A stretch of 64,000 nt of DNA from Arenicellales bacterium (lineage in GTDB: Bacteria > Pseudomonadota > Gammaproteobacteria > Arenicellales > JBFEOO01), in the NCBI GenBank assembly GCA_041550555.1, contig JBFEOO010000007.1:22598-86597 (forward strand), in the 5' to 3' direction. Under the pieces are notes generated by a model that had not been told where the DNA came from, ran no database searches, and saw only the letters and a list, made by a program, of their open reading frames with translations. This document shows positions 1 through 8,758 of the stretch, piece after piece (positions within the stretch are counted from its first letter, which is position 1; each line of letters opens with the position of its first letter). The position numbers and the translations under genes are program-made.

Positions 1-468
1 CAATTACGCCACCACAAAGGGGCCGTGCACACCGTGCCCTACGGGCAGATCACGTCGCTCACCAACTACAGCCGCGACTGGGCAATCATGAAGTTCGAGC
101 TGCGTATTCCCTTTGAGGTCGACGTGGAGAAGGTGCGCAAGATCATCAAGAAGGTAGGTCAGGAACTCATGGACGACGCCGACATCACACCGCTGCTGCT
201 CGAGCCGCTGAAATCCCAGGGCGTCAATCGCATGGATGACTCCGCCTTCATCGTGCGCTGCAAGTTCACGGCCAAGCCGGGACATCAGTTCTACGTGAGG
301 AGAGTCGCGTATGCCAGGATTCAGGAGGCATTCCAGAAAGAGGGCATCCAGTTTGCGCCCAAGCGCGTCATCGTCGAAGCGGTGACACCCGAAATCGCCG
401 CGGCGGGGGCCGCCGCGATCGAGACCGAGGCCCAGGCAAACGCGACGCAGGACGACGAGCGCGGCTGA
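1..468 (+). CDS. MscS-family mechanosensitive channel, C-terminal fragment (5' end outside window)
   Basis: Frame 1 is open from base 1 (QLRHHKGAVHTVPYGQITSLTNYSRDW...). Listed ORF 25..468 is its tail. LTNYSRDW, ELRIPFEVDVEKVRKIIKKVG and FIVRCKFTAKPG resemble the cytoplasmic domains of MscS-family proteins. Confidence 0.7.
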   Translation, partial: QLRHHKGAVHTVPYGQITSLTNYSRDWAIMKFELRIPFEVDVEKVRKIIKKVGQELMDDADITPLLLEPLKSQGVNRMDDSAFIVRCKFTAKPGHQFYVRRVAYARIQEAFQKEGIQFAPKRVIVEAVTPEIAAAGAAAIETEAQANATQDDERG

Positions 469-555
469 GCACAGCCGCCCGCCGCCGGCAGCGGACGCTC
501 ACCGCACGCCGCGCCGGCTTCCGCTGACTGCCTGCCGTGGCGCTTCGCGCGCCAC

Positions 556-1431
556 TCAACGATCCTTGCGCCCGACGATCACCCAGGTGCTCGACGGCAT
601 CCACACTTCGCCGTCGGCGCGCGCGTGAACGGACAAGACGGCCTCGAGCTCCTCCCGGATCAACGGCAGCTTGGCCTGACCCTCGTCGCCGGCCTCACGA
701 ATGATCTCGCCGGACGGCCCGACCAGGATCTGATAGTCGATGGCCTCCCCGACACTGATGCCGACACAGATCTCGGCATCGACGCGGCGGAACAGGTCCG
801 TCCGCCCAAAGCCGGCCGCCTTCATCATCGCCCGGGTGGTCTCCTCGTCAGCCATGGAAAAAGGGCCCGGCCCGCAGGTCCTGGCATCGTCCCCGGGAGG
901 CGGGAGATGTCGGAGCGCGACCTCCTTCGCCACCCGCCAGCACGGGTTGTCGGCGAGCGATCGCCAGACGATCATGCACAGCCTGGCGTCCGGCGTGCTG
1001 GCGCGATGCGCATTTCGCAGGGCCATGACCACGCTGCCGAAGAACATCACCCCGAAGCGTGAGTAGACCACGTCGAAGTGGGCTTCGGGCAACGCGTGGG
1101 TTTGCGCGTCACCGAGCGCGTAGCGAACATTCGACACGCCGGCCGCACGACGCTCGGACTCGGCGATGTCGAGGAACTCCTTGGTGCAATCGAGACCGAG
1201 CACTTCCCCCGACGGTCCTACAATCTGGCCGATCTCGAGGCAGGTCTCCCCGAAGCCGCAGCCGATGTCGAGCACCTTCTCGCCCGGCGCAAAGGCGAAG
1301 TCCTCGAGCGCAATGTCGCTGTGGATCTTCCCGTTACCCGACAACAGGTGACGGAATCGCTTCCATTTCGGAACCAGAATCTCGTTCCAGCAGCCGATGA
1401 AATCGACGTTGGACATCTCCGCTTGCTGCAT
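556..1431 (-). CDS. Class I SAM-dependent methyltransferase
   Basis: Motif I VLDIGCGFGETCLEIG, followed by VLGLDC and FDVVYSRFGVMFF. ATG at 1431 (MQQAEMSNV) chosen over TTG at 1452 because GGGAGCGAGGG lies upstream; start uncertain. Confidence 0.8.
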   Translation of the reverse strand: MQQAEMSNVDFIGCWNEILVPKWKRFRHLLSGNGKIHSDIALEDFAFAPGEKVLDIGCGFGETCLEIGQIVGPSGEVLGLDCTKEFLDIAESERRAAGVSNVRYALGDAQTHALPEAHFDVVYSRFGVMFFGSVVMALRNAHRASTPDARLCMIVWRSLADNPCWRVAKEVALRHLPPPGDDARTCGPGPFSMADEETTRAMMKAAGFGRTDLFRRVDAEICVGISVGEAIDYQILVGPSGEIIREAGDEGQAKLPLIREELEAVLSVHARADGEVWMPSSTWVIVGRKDR

Positions 1432-1552
1432 ATGCCCTCGCTCCCGGGTCAATGCCGTTGGCGGCTCGCCAACGGGTGCCCGTGTCGGTCATCCGTCTAC
1501 GTCCGTCAAAACACCACTCGTCATTGATTGACGCCGCGTATACTATGCGTTC

Positions 1553-2590
1553 GTGGCTCCGAGGATTCAATTAGCCCCACTCAATCGTGGCTCGTTTGCG
1601 CGTTGCCACTCGTCGCGGGCGAGCGCGGCACGCCCGCCGGCAGGGCGTGCGCTCCGCGGCGGCGTCCCATGGTGCGCCGGCGTCGTGCTCTGTGCCCTCG
1701 TCGCGGCGCTCCCGGCGAACGCGGCGACCTACGTCCTGCCGCCCAGCGATCAGGCCGTCGTCGGCACGCTGCGGACGGTGCGGGCGCGCGCCCGCGATAC
1801 CCTGCTCGACATCGCGCGCGCCCAAAACGTCGGCTACGAGGAGATCCGGCTCGCGAATCCCGGCCTGGACCCGTGGCTGCCGGGCGAGGCGACGCAGGTG
1901 GTCATTCCGAGCCGTTTCCTGCTGCCGGACGCACCGCGCACCGGCATCGTCGTCAACGTGGCCGAGATGCGACTGTACTACTACCCGCCGGTGGTCGGCG
2001 ACGAGATGCCGCGCGTGGTCACGTTTCCCGTAAGCGTTGGGCGCGGTGACTGGGAAACGCCGCTCGCCTCCGCGCGCGTTCAGAGCAAGGAGCGGGACCC
2101 CGCTTGGATACCGCCCGAGTCCATTCGCGCCGAGCACGCCGCCAGAGGCGATTTTCTTCCGGCGCGTGTGCCCCCCGGGCCCAACAATCCGCTCGGCCGC
2201 TACGCCCTGCGGCTCTCGTTGCCGGGATACCTGATTCACGGAACGAACAGGCCCGCCGGGGTCGGCATGCGCGTCACTCACGGCTGCCTGCGCTTGTATC
2301 CGGAGAACATCGAGGCACTCTACGAGAGCGTGCCCGTGGGCACACCCGTGCACATCGTCAACCAGCCCTACAAGATCGGCTGGCACTTGGACGAGCTCAT
2401 GCTCGAGGCCCACCCGCCGCTCTCGGAAACGAATGGCGACACCCCCGCCGATATGACGTCCGCCGTACGTGCCTTCATATCGGCCACGTCATCCGGACCG
2501 CCGGCAGCCATCGACTGGGACCGCGTGTACGCCATTGCGCGCGCGCGCTCCGGACTCCCCGAGCCGGTGGGCGCGGCGGCGCGACCGTAG
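1553..2590 (+). CDS. L,D-transpeptidase with LysM and YkuD domains
   Basis: LysM-like DTLLDIARAQNVGYEEIRLANPGLDPW. YkuD catalytic region YLIHGTNRPAGVGMRVTHGCLRLYPENI. Hydrophobic N-terminus ending ALPANA. Start codon uncertain (GTG 1553). Confidence 0.85.
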   Translation: MAPRIQLAPLNRGSFARCHSSRASAARPPAGRALRGGVPWCAGVVLCALVAALPANAATYVLPPSDQAVVGTLRTVRARARDTLLDIARAQNVGYEEIRLANPGLDPWLPGEATQVVIPSRFLLPDAPRTGIVVNVAEMRLYYYPPVVGDEMPRVVTFPVSVGRGDWETPLASARVQSKERDPAWIPPESIRAEHAARGDFLPARVPPGPNNPLGRYALRLSLPGYLIHGTNRPAGVGMRVTHGCLRLYPENIEALYESVPVGTPVHIVNQPYKIGWHLDELMLEAHPPLSETNGDTPADMTSAVRAFISATSSGPPAAIDWDRVYAIARARSGLPEPVGAAARP

Positions 2591-2616
2591 CGATGGCCGC
2601 GCCGCCAGGCAGGTGA

Positions 2617-2865
2617 CTACTTCATCATCGACTGTTTGAACATTCGATCGATCTTCTCATCGGTCATGGCCGCGCGCTGATTCGCCTGCGCCGCGTCGGC
2701 CGCCGCCGCGTCGGCGATTGCCTTCGCTTCAGCAGCTGTGCGCTGGGCTTCCTCGGCAATGGCGCGCACCTCATCGAGCTGCTTCGTCGACGCACAGCCT
2801 GCGCCAAGCATCGCCACAACGGCCAAGCTCACCAGACCGATATGCTGGGGGATCCTCACTGCCAT
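2617..2865 (-). CDS. Braun lipoprotein (Lpp)-like small alanine-rich lipoprotein ending in Lys
   Basis: 82 aa from ATG 2865, preceded by AAGGAGG. Signal peptide with AMLGAGC lipobox-like cysteine. Ala/Gln/Glu-rich helical repeat (AAADAAQANQRAAMTDEKIDRMF) resembling E. coli Lpp (AAKDDAARANQRLDN). C-terminal residue is Lys (SMMK). Confidence 0.7.
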   Translation of the reverse strand: MAVRIPQHIGLVSLAVVAMLGAGCASTKQLDEVRAIAEEAQRTAAEAKAIADAAAADAAQANQRAAMTDEKIDRMFKQSMMK

Positions 2866-3006
2866 GGGGGTCTCGCCTCCTTCGACGATACTATGGGGGG
2901 ATGATAGCGAAGCCAGCGCCACAAGAAACCGTTCACGCTGCACCGCGCCAACGGTGACAATGCGTTCTACGGCGCGACGCCGACAACACACGTTACCGAT
3001 GGGCCG

Positions 3007-3591
3007 TCACTCTACCACAACACGCGTGCCGATTCGGATCCAGCGATCGAGCTTGTCGATCTGTTCATCGGTGAGCGCCACACAGCCCTGCGTCCAGTTG
3101 AAGAGGCTGTGGACATGGCGATCGGCGCCGCCGAGTCCGTGTATGCCGAGATTGCCGCCGAGCGACGTATTCTGCGGCGGCAGGCGTCCGGCCCGATGAG
3201 CCGCTGCGATGTTTCGATAGACCGATTGGGTGATGTCGCCCTTTTGCAGCGCCAGCCGGGCGCGCGTCAGATCGGGATAGCTGAACACGTAGAAGCGATG
3301 GAACTGGCTCGGCGTACGTACCGCCGCCACCCGGAATTCACCGAGCGGCGTGCGATGATCACCCATGAGGCGTTCTCGCGTCGCGCCGCCCCGGCCGATG
3401 GAGATGTCGCCGAGCTCGAGCACGGCGCGCTCACCCACCACCACCGACACCGTGGCGCGCTCGGTGTCCACCCTGATCCAGGCGTCTGCGAGGGCCGTTC
3501 CGCGGGCGCTGACCGGGAAACCGAGCAGCAGGACGCATGCCGCCGCGGCGGCGGCGAACAACCTCGCGCCGAGCAGGGTCGTGGGGCTCAT
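3007..3591 (-). CDS. L,D-transpeptidase (YkuD domain), secreted
   Basis: GNLGIHGLGG...FNWTQGCVALTDEQI (His/Cys catalytic pair). Signal peptide MSPTTLLGARLFAAAAAACVLLLGFPVSARG from ATG 3591, with GAGG about 9 nt upstream. The listed 236-aa ORF is over-extended. Confidence 0.8.
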   Translation of the reverse strand: MSPTTLLGARLFAAAAAACVLLLGFPVSARGTALADAWIRVDTERATVSVVVGERAVLELGDISIGRGGATRERLMGDHRTPLGEFRVAAVRTPSQFHRFYVFSYPDLTRARLALQKGDITQSVYRNIAAAHRAGRLPPQNTSLGGNLGIHGLGGADRHVHSLFNWTQGCVALTDEQIDKLDRWIRIGTRVVVE

Positions 3592-3757
3592 CGGGTGCCG
3601 CCTCGCGGGTACGACCATATGTCGATGGTATAAGGCCGATGCCGGCGACCCGTCAACACGGCGTCGACGACCGGGGTTCTGTGCGGGACAACCATGACCC
3701 CAAAGGTTGCCGGTCACCGCTGCCGCGACTGCTTCCTCTGCCAGCCGATGTCGTCGG

Positions 3758-3940
3758 CTAAGCCCCGGTCAGCCGGCGAATGACGGCGAAGCTGATCAGC
3801 GCCAGCGTCAGCAGAATACCGAAGAAGATAAGCGTGCGGTTTTCGAACCGCACCCCGCGCGCCGACTCGATGCGGTTGAGAACCCAATCGGAGAGGACAT
3901 AGAGCCCGATACCGGCAATCGTGAAATAAATCATCTCCAT
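3758..3940 (-). CDS. Small two-TM membrane protein (hypothetical)
   Basis: 60 aa with two hydrophobic segments (IYFTIAGIGLYVLSDWV; LIFFGILLTLALISFAVI). Starts 16 nt after the stop of the upstream kinase-like gene on the same strand. Confidence 0.45.
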   Translation of the reverse strand: MEMIYFTIAGIGLYVLSDWVLNRIESARGVRFENRTLIFFGILLTLALISFAVIRRLTGA

Positions 3941-3956
3941 GCGCCGTCTCCCGCAC

Positions 3957-5522
3957 TCACGCTATCGCGTTCAGACGACGCGCCAACGCCGCGACATCGA
4001 CCTCGGTCTCCGAATCGACCGTAATCGTAAACACGCTCTCCTCGCCGCCGGGCGGCTCGTCGCGATCGAGCTGACGCGCCAGCACCTCCAGCGTGGCCTC
4101 GGAGGGGTCGGCGCCGCGTGCGGCGCGCCGCCGGACGCGGTCCGCCAGCACCTCTCGCGACGCCTGGAAATCGATGATGGCGAAAGGTATCCGGTGCCGA
4201 GCCGCCAGCCGCCGGAATGCGTCGCGTCGCTCGCGCTCGACAAACGTCGCATCGACGATGACGGGATAGCCGGCGCGGACGACGCCCTCGGCCAGCGCCG
4301 CCAACCGCCGGTAGGTCGCGTCGCTCGCGTCGCGGGTGTACAGCCCCGCGTCGAGCGCACTGCCGCTGCGCGCCAACGCGGCGAGACCGAACAGCCGCTT
4401 GCGCTCGATGTCCGAGCGAACACGGATTGCATCGATGCGCTCGAGCAGGTGGTCGGTGACATATGTCTTACCGCTGCCCGAGAGCCCGTGCGTGATCGCG
4501 AGCCACGGCGATGGCTGCTGCTCGGCGTAGCGTTCGGCGAGGCCAACATGGCTGCGGAACTCACCAACGGCTACCTCGCGTGCATCGTCGCCGGCCGTCT
4601 CCTGCCGCATACGAATGCAGGCCACTTTTGCCCGCACCATGGCCCGGTAGACGAGATAGTGACGCAGCACCGAGAGCCCCTCGTAGTCCCCCCCGTGCTC
4701 GAGATAACGGCCGAGCAGGCGCCGGGAAAGATCGCGCCGGTGACGGTAGTCGAGATCCATCAGCGTAAAGGCGATCTCGCTCATGGTGTCTATCCAGCGC
4801 AGACGCGGGCTGAATTCGAGGCAGTCGAAAGCGACGATGCGATCGTCCACCATCACCATGTTGGCCGCGTGCAGATCACCATGGCACTCGCGCACACGCC
4901 CCTCGCGCTTGCGCTGCCGGAAGCGCTCCGCGTTGTCGCCGAGGGAAGTCTCCGTCCACGCCCGCAGTCGCCCGAGCACGTCTGGATGTTCGAGACGTTG
5001 CTTGCACGGCGCCGATTGCTCGAAGTTGTCCATCACCTGCTGACGCAAGCTGTCCCGCTCACCGAAAGGACTGTCCGCCGCCGCCACATCGACACCGTCA
5101 TGGAATGCCGCGAGATCGGCGGCGAGACGATCGATGTGCGCGGCCCCGACGGCACCGGCGGCCAGCAGGCGGTCGACCTCCTGGCGGCCGTCGAACTGCC
5201 GCATCTTCACCGCGTACTCGATGGCAGGGCCCGGGCCGCCAACGACCGGCGCCTGCTCCGACCCGCAGATCGGCACGACCTCGAGATAGAGCTCGGGGGC
5301 GAGCCGACGATTGAGCCGCAGTTCCTCCTCGCAGAAGTGCTTGCGCAGTGCCAGGGTGCTGAAGTCGAGAAAGCCCAGGTCAACCGCCTTCTTCAGCTTG
5401 TAGGCGTAGCTGCCTGTGAGCAGCACATAGGAGATGTGGGTCTCGACGACCCGCGGCATCTCGATCGGGTGGCCGAGCGCGGCCGGCGAGCAGAGCGCAT
5501 CGACCAGCTCGGCGCGCGTCAC
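3957..5522 (-). CDS. Bifunctional APH-like kinase-fold / P-loop ATP-binding protein
   Basis: N-terminal ETHISYVLLTGSYAYKLKK and catalytic-loop-like CHGDLHAANMV...FDCLEF. C-terminal Walker A ITHGLSGSGKTYV. Confidence 0.8.
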   Translation of the reverse strand: MTRAELVDALCSPAALGHPIEMPRVVETHISYVLLTGSYAYKLKKAVDLGFLDFSTLALRKHFCEEELRLNRRLAPELYLEVVPICGSEQAPVVGGPGPAIEYAVKMRQFDGRQEVDRLLAAGAVGAAHIDRLAADLAAFHDGVDVAAADSPFGERDSLRQQVMDNFEQSAPCKQRLEHPDVLGRLRAWTETSLGDNAERFRQRKREGRVRECHGDLHAANMVMVDDRIVAFDCLEFSPRLRWIDTMSEIAFTLMDLDYRHRRDLSRRLLGRYLEHGGDYEGLSVLRHYLVYRAMVRAKVACIRMRQETAGDDAREVAVGEFRSHVGLAERYAEQQPSPWLAITHGLSGSGKTYVTDHLLERIDAIRVRSDIERKRLFGLAALARSGSALDAGLYTRDASDATYRRLAALAEGVVRAGYPVIVDATFVERERRDAFRRLAARHRIPFAIIDFQASREVLADRVRRRAARGADPSEATLEVLARQLDRDEPPGGEESVFTITVDSETEVDVAALARRLNAIA

Positions 5523-5583
5523 GGCGTTGCGCGTGTAGTCGGAACCCCTCTCGGGGGTGCCACTCCGACGACGCGTTGTCCGC

Positions 5584-7041
5584 CTACTCCGCGATCCCGC
5601 CCATGCACAGGTACTTGACCTCCACGAATTCGTCGATGCCGTACTTCGACCCCTCGCGACCGATACCGGACTCCTTCATGCCGCCGAACGGCGCCACCTC
5701 CGTCGAGATGATCCCGGTGTTGATGCCGATGATCCCGTACTCGAGCGCTTCGGAGACGCGCCACACGCGCCCCAAGCTGCGGCTGTAGAAGTAGGCGGCG
5801 AGCCCGAACTCGGTGTCGTTCGCCATGTGCACGGCCTGCGCCTCGTCGGCGAAGCGGAACAGCGGCGCCACCGGCCCGAAGGTCTCCTCGTTGGCCACGG
5901 CCATGGCGGGCGTCACCTCGGTCAAGACGGTGGGTTGGAAGAACGTGCCGCCCAGGGAATGCCGTGCGCCGCCGACGGCGACACGCGCGCCCTTGGCCAC
6001 GGCGTCGCCGATGTGCGCCTCCACCTTCTCCACAGCCGCCACGTCGATCAGCGGACCCTGCACGACCCCCTCCTCGAAGCCGTCACCTACCTTCATCTCG
6101 GCGACCCTCGCCGCGAACTTCTCCGCGAACGCTTCGTAGACAGCGTCCTGCACGAGCAGCCGGTTAGCGCACACGCAGGTCTGGCCGGTGTTGCGGTACT
6201 TCGACATGATCGCCCCTTCTACGGCGGCGTCGAGATCGGCATCGTCGAAGACGATGAACGGCGCGTTGCCGCCCAGCTCGAGCGAGATCTTCTTCACGTT
6301 GCCCGCGCACTGCGCCATCAACAGCTTGCCCACCGCGGTCGAGCCCGTGAACGTCAACTTGCGCACCACCGGATTGGCGGTGAGCTCGCCGCCGACAGCC
6401 TGTGCCGAGCCGGTGACGACGTTGAGCACGCCGGCGGGGATCTCCGCGCGTTCGGCGAGCACCGCCAGCGCCAGCGCCGAGAACGGTGTCTGAGAGGCCG
6501 GCTTGGCCACCATCGTGCAGCCGACGGCCAGCGCCGGGCCCGCCTTGCGCGTGATCATCGCTGCGGGAAAGTTCCACGGCGTGATCGAAGCGCACACGCC
6601 GATCGGTTCCTTGAGGACCACGATACGCTTGTCGGCCTGGTGGGGTGGAATGGTGTCGCCGTAGACCCGCTTGCCCTCCTCCGCGAACCACTCGATGAAC
6701 GAGGCCGCGTAAGCCACCTCGCCGCGGGCCTCCGCAAGCGGCTTGCCCTGCTCCGCCGTCATGATGGTTGCGAGGTCCTCCTGATTCGCCATCATGAGCT
6801 CGTAGAGCCGCCGCAGTCGGGCCGCGCGCTCCTTCGCGGTCAGCGCGCGCCAGCGCGGAAACGCAGCCTGTGCGGCCGCCACCGCCCGCGCCGTCTCCGC
6901 GCCGCCCATCTTCGGGACCGTGCCCAGTACGGCACCGGTAGCGGGATTGGTCACCTCGATGGCGGCGTGGTCGTCGGCATCAAGCCATTCGCCGGCGACA
7001 TAGCACTGCTGTCGGAACAGGGATTCATCGTTGAGCTTCAT
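5584..7041 (-). CDS. gabD: NAD(P)-dependent succinate/glutarate-semialdehyde dehydrogenase
   Basis: Aldehyde dehydrogenase motifs KLTFTGSTAVGK, LELGGNAP and catalytic GQTCVCANR. N-terminus LFRQQCYVAGEWLDA is typical of GabD/DavD. Confidence 0.9.
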   Translation of the reverse strand: MKLNDESLFRQQCYVAGEWLDADDHAAIEVTNPATGAVLGTVPKMGGAETARAVAAAQAAFPRWRALTAKERAARLRRLYELMMANQEDLATIMTAEQGKPLAEARGEVAYAASFIEWFAEEGKRVYGDTIPPHQADKRIVVLKEPIGVCASITPWNFPAAMITRKAGPALAVGCTMVAKPASQTPFSALALAVLAERAEIPAGVLNVVTGSAQAVGGELTANPVVRKLTFTGSTAVGKLLMAQCAGNVKKISLELGGNAPFIVFDDADLDAAVEGAIMSKYRNTGQTCVCANRLLVQDAVYEAFAEKFAARVAEMKVGDGFEEGVVQGPLIDVAAVEKVEAHIGDAVAKGARVAVGGARHSLGGTFFQPTVLTEVTPAMAVANEETFGPVAPLFRFADEAQAVHMANDTEFGLAAYFYSRSLGRVWRVSEALEYGIIGINTGIISTEVAPFGGMKESGIGREGSKYGIDEFVEVKYLCMGGIAE

Positions 7042-7081
7042 GGAAGGCGCTCCTGGTGTCAGTAGCTCGCTCGGGTCCGAC

Positions 7082-8266
7082 TCACGCGCTGAAGGCCTGA
7101 ATACCGGTCTGCGCCCGCCCCAGGACCAGGGCGTGAATGTCGTGAGTGCCCTCGTACGTGTTGACCGCCTCGAGATTCATGACGTGGCGGATGACGTGAT
7201 ACTCGTCGGCGATGCCGTTCCCGCCGTGCATGTCTCGCGCCATCCGTGCGATGTCCAACGCCTTGCCGCAGTTGTTTCGCTTGAGCAGCGAGATCGCCTC
7301 GGGAGCAGCGCGGCCCTCGTCGAGCAGGCGACCGAGGCGCAGACAGCCCTGCAGCCCGAGGGTGATCTCCGTCTGCATGTCGGCGAGCTTCTTCTGGATG
7401 AGCTGGTTTGCCGCCAACGGACGCCCGAACTGCTTGCGATCGAGCACATACTGGCGCGCTGCGTGCCAGCAGAATTCGGCAGCACCGAGACTGCCCCAGC
7501 AGATGCCGAAACGCGCACGGTTGAGACAGCCGAACGGCCCCTTGAGCCCCGATACGTTGAGCAGATTGTCCTCGGGAACGAACACGTCCTCCATGACGAT
7601 CTCGCCGGTCACCGAGGCGCGCAGCGAGAACTTGCCCTCGATGCGCGGCGTGCGCAGCCCCTCCATGCCGCGCTCGAGGAGAAAGCCGCGCACGACGCCG
7701 TCATCGTCTTTGGCCCACACCACGAACACATCCGCCGCGGGCGCGTGCGTAATCCAGCTCTTGGTCCCGCTCAGCGCATAGCCGCCGTCCACCCTGCGCG
7801 CGCGTGTGGTCATGCCGCCGGGGTCGGAGCCGTGGTCGGGCTCTGTCAGCCCGAACGCGCCGATCAGCTCACCGCGCGCCAGGCGCGGCAGAAATCGCTC
7901 CCGCTGCGCCTCGCTGCCGTAGCGGAATATCGGATACATCACCAGGCTCGACTGCACACTCATCGAGGAGCGGTAGCTCGAATCGACGCGCTCGATCTCT
8001 CGAGCGATGAGGCCATAGCAGACGTAGTTCAATCCGGCGCAGCCGTATCCCTCGACGGTCGAGCCGAGCAGCCCGAGCTCGCCCATCTCGTAGAGGACGT
8101 CGCGGTCGAAGCGTTCGTGGCGGTTGGCTTCGAGTATCCGCGGCATGAGCTTGTCGAGGGCGTAGCGGTGGGCGGTCTCGCGTACCAGCCGCTCCTCCTC
8201 GCTGAGCTGCTCTTCGAGCAGCAGCGCATCGTCCCATTGGAACTGCGGTCGGGTCTTGGTCAACAT
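7082..8266 (-). CDS. gcdH: Glutaryl-CoA dehydrogenase
   Basis: 394 aa from ATG 8266 ([27 protein letters not shown]...). Acyl-CoA dehydrogenase core [14 protein letters not shown] and C-terminal [16 protein letters not shown]. The listed 679-aa ORF is a 5' over-extension. Confidence 0.9.
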   Translation of the reverse strand: MLTKTRPQFQWDDALLLEEQLSEEERLVRETAHRYALDKLMPRILEANRHERFDRDVLYEMGELGLLGSTVEGYGCAGLNYVCYGLIAREIERVDSSYRSSMSVQSSLVMYPIFRYGSEAQRERFLPRLARGELIGAFGLTEPDHGSDPGGMTTRARRVDGGYALSGTKSWITHAPAADVFVVWAKDDDGVVRGFLLERGMEGLRTPRIEGKFSLRASVTGEIVMEDVFVPEDNLLNVSGLKGPFGCLNRARFGICWGSLGAAEFCWHAARQYVLDRKQFGRPLAANQLIQKKLADMQTEITLGLQGCLRLGRLLDEGRAAPEAISLLKRNNCGKALDIARMARDMHGGNGIADEYHVIRHVMNLEAVNTYEGTHDIHALVLGRAQTGIQAFSA

Positions 8267-8437
8267 GGATTGGCTCCTGAAGAATCGGCGCCCGGGTGAA
8301 GTGACGGCCCTCGCGTACCGCCCCCGATTACGCCGCATCATAGCGTTTATCGGCGATCGACAGAACCGACGCCGCGCCGGCGTCGTCCTCGCGTAGGCGC
8401 GCACGGGCCGTGTGGCGGCCGCCGGCGGGCCAATCGG

Positions 8438-8445
8438 TGTAGAAT
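8438..8445 (+). promoter_or_regulatory. Candidate extended -10 promoter element (TGTAGAAT)
   Basis: TGTAGAAT lies 58 nt upstream of ATG 8504. It overlaps the ATG at 8444 of the longer listed ORF, arguing for the shorter CDS. No convincing -35. Confidence 0.4.
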
Positions 8446-8503
8446 GACGCGCGCCGACCCGGCACCGTTCACGGAAAACACCCAACGCGGCAGAAAGCGA
8501 CCT

Positions 8504-8737
8504 ATGAAAGAGATCACAGCACCCCACGTCGGCGCGCCCGACCCCGAGGCCAAGAATTCCCCGGTTGTCGACTACGATCTCGAGGAAGGCGAGTTCGCCG
8601 GCGTGGACACGGAAGCAGCGTTCTGCTACTTCAACAACGTCTCGTATCAGATTGGCGATTATGTCTGTTCGGGCAACGAGCTGTTGCGCTGCGAGAAAGG
8701 CGGGGTGTGGGCGCGCAAGGGTTCCTGCTACGAATAG
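8504..8737 (+). CDS. Small conserved-looking hypothetical protein with four Cys
   Basis: 77 aa, acidic N-terminal half, C-terminal C-x13-C-x7-C-x11-C ([38 protein letters not shown]). No signal peptide. Weak SD. Confidence 0.5.
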   Translation: MKEITAPHVGAPDPEAKNSPVVDYDLEEGEFAGVDTEAAFCYFNNVSYQIGDYVCSGNELLRCEKGGVWARKGSCYE

Positions 8738-8758
8738 CGGCGCCTTGGTCGTCGGCCC

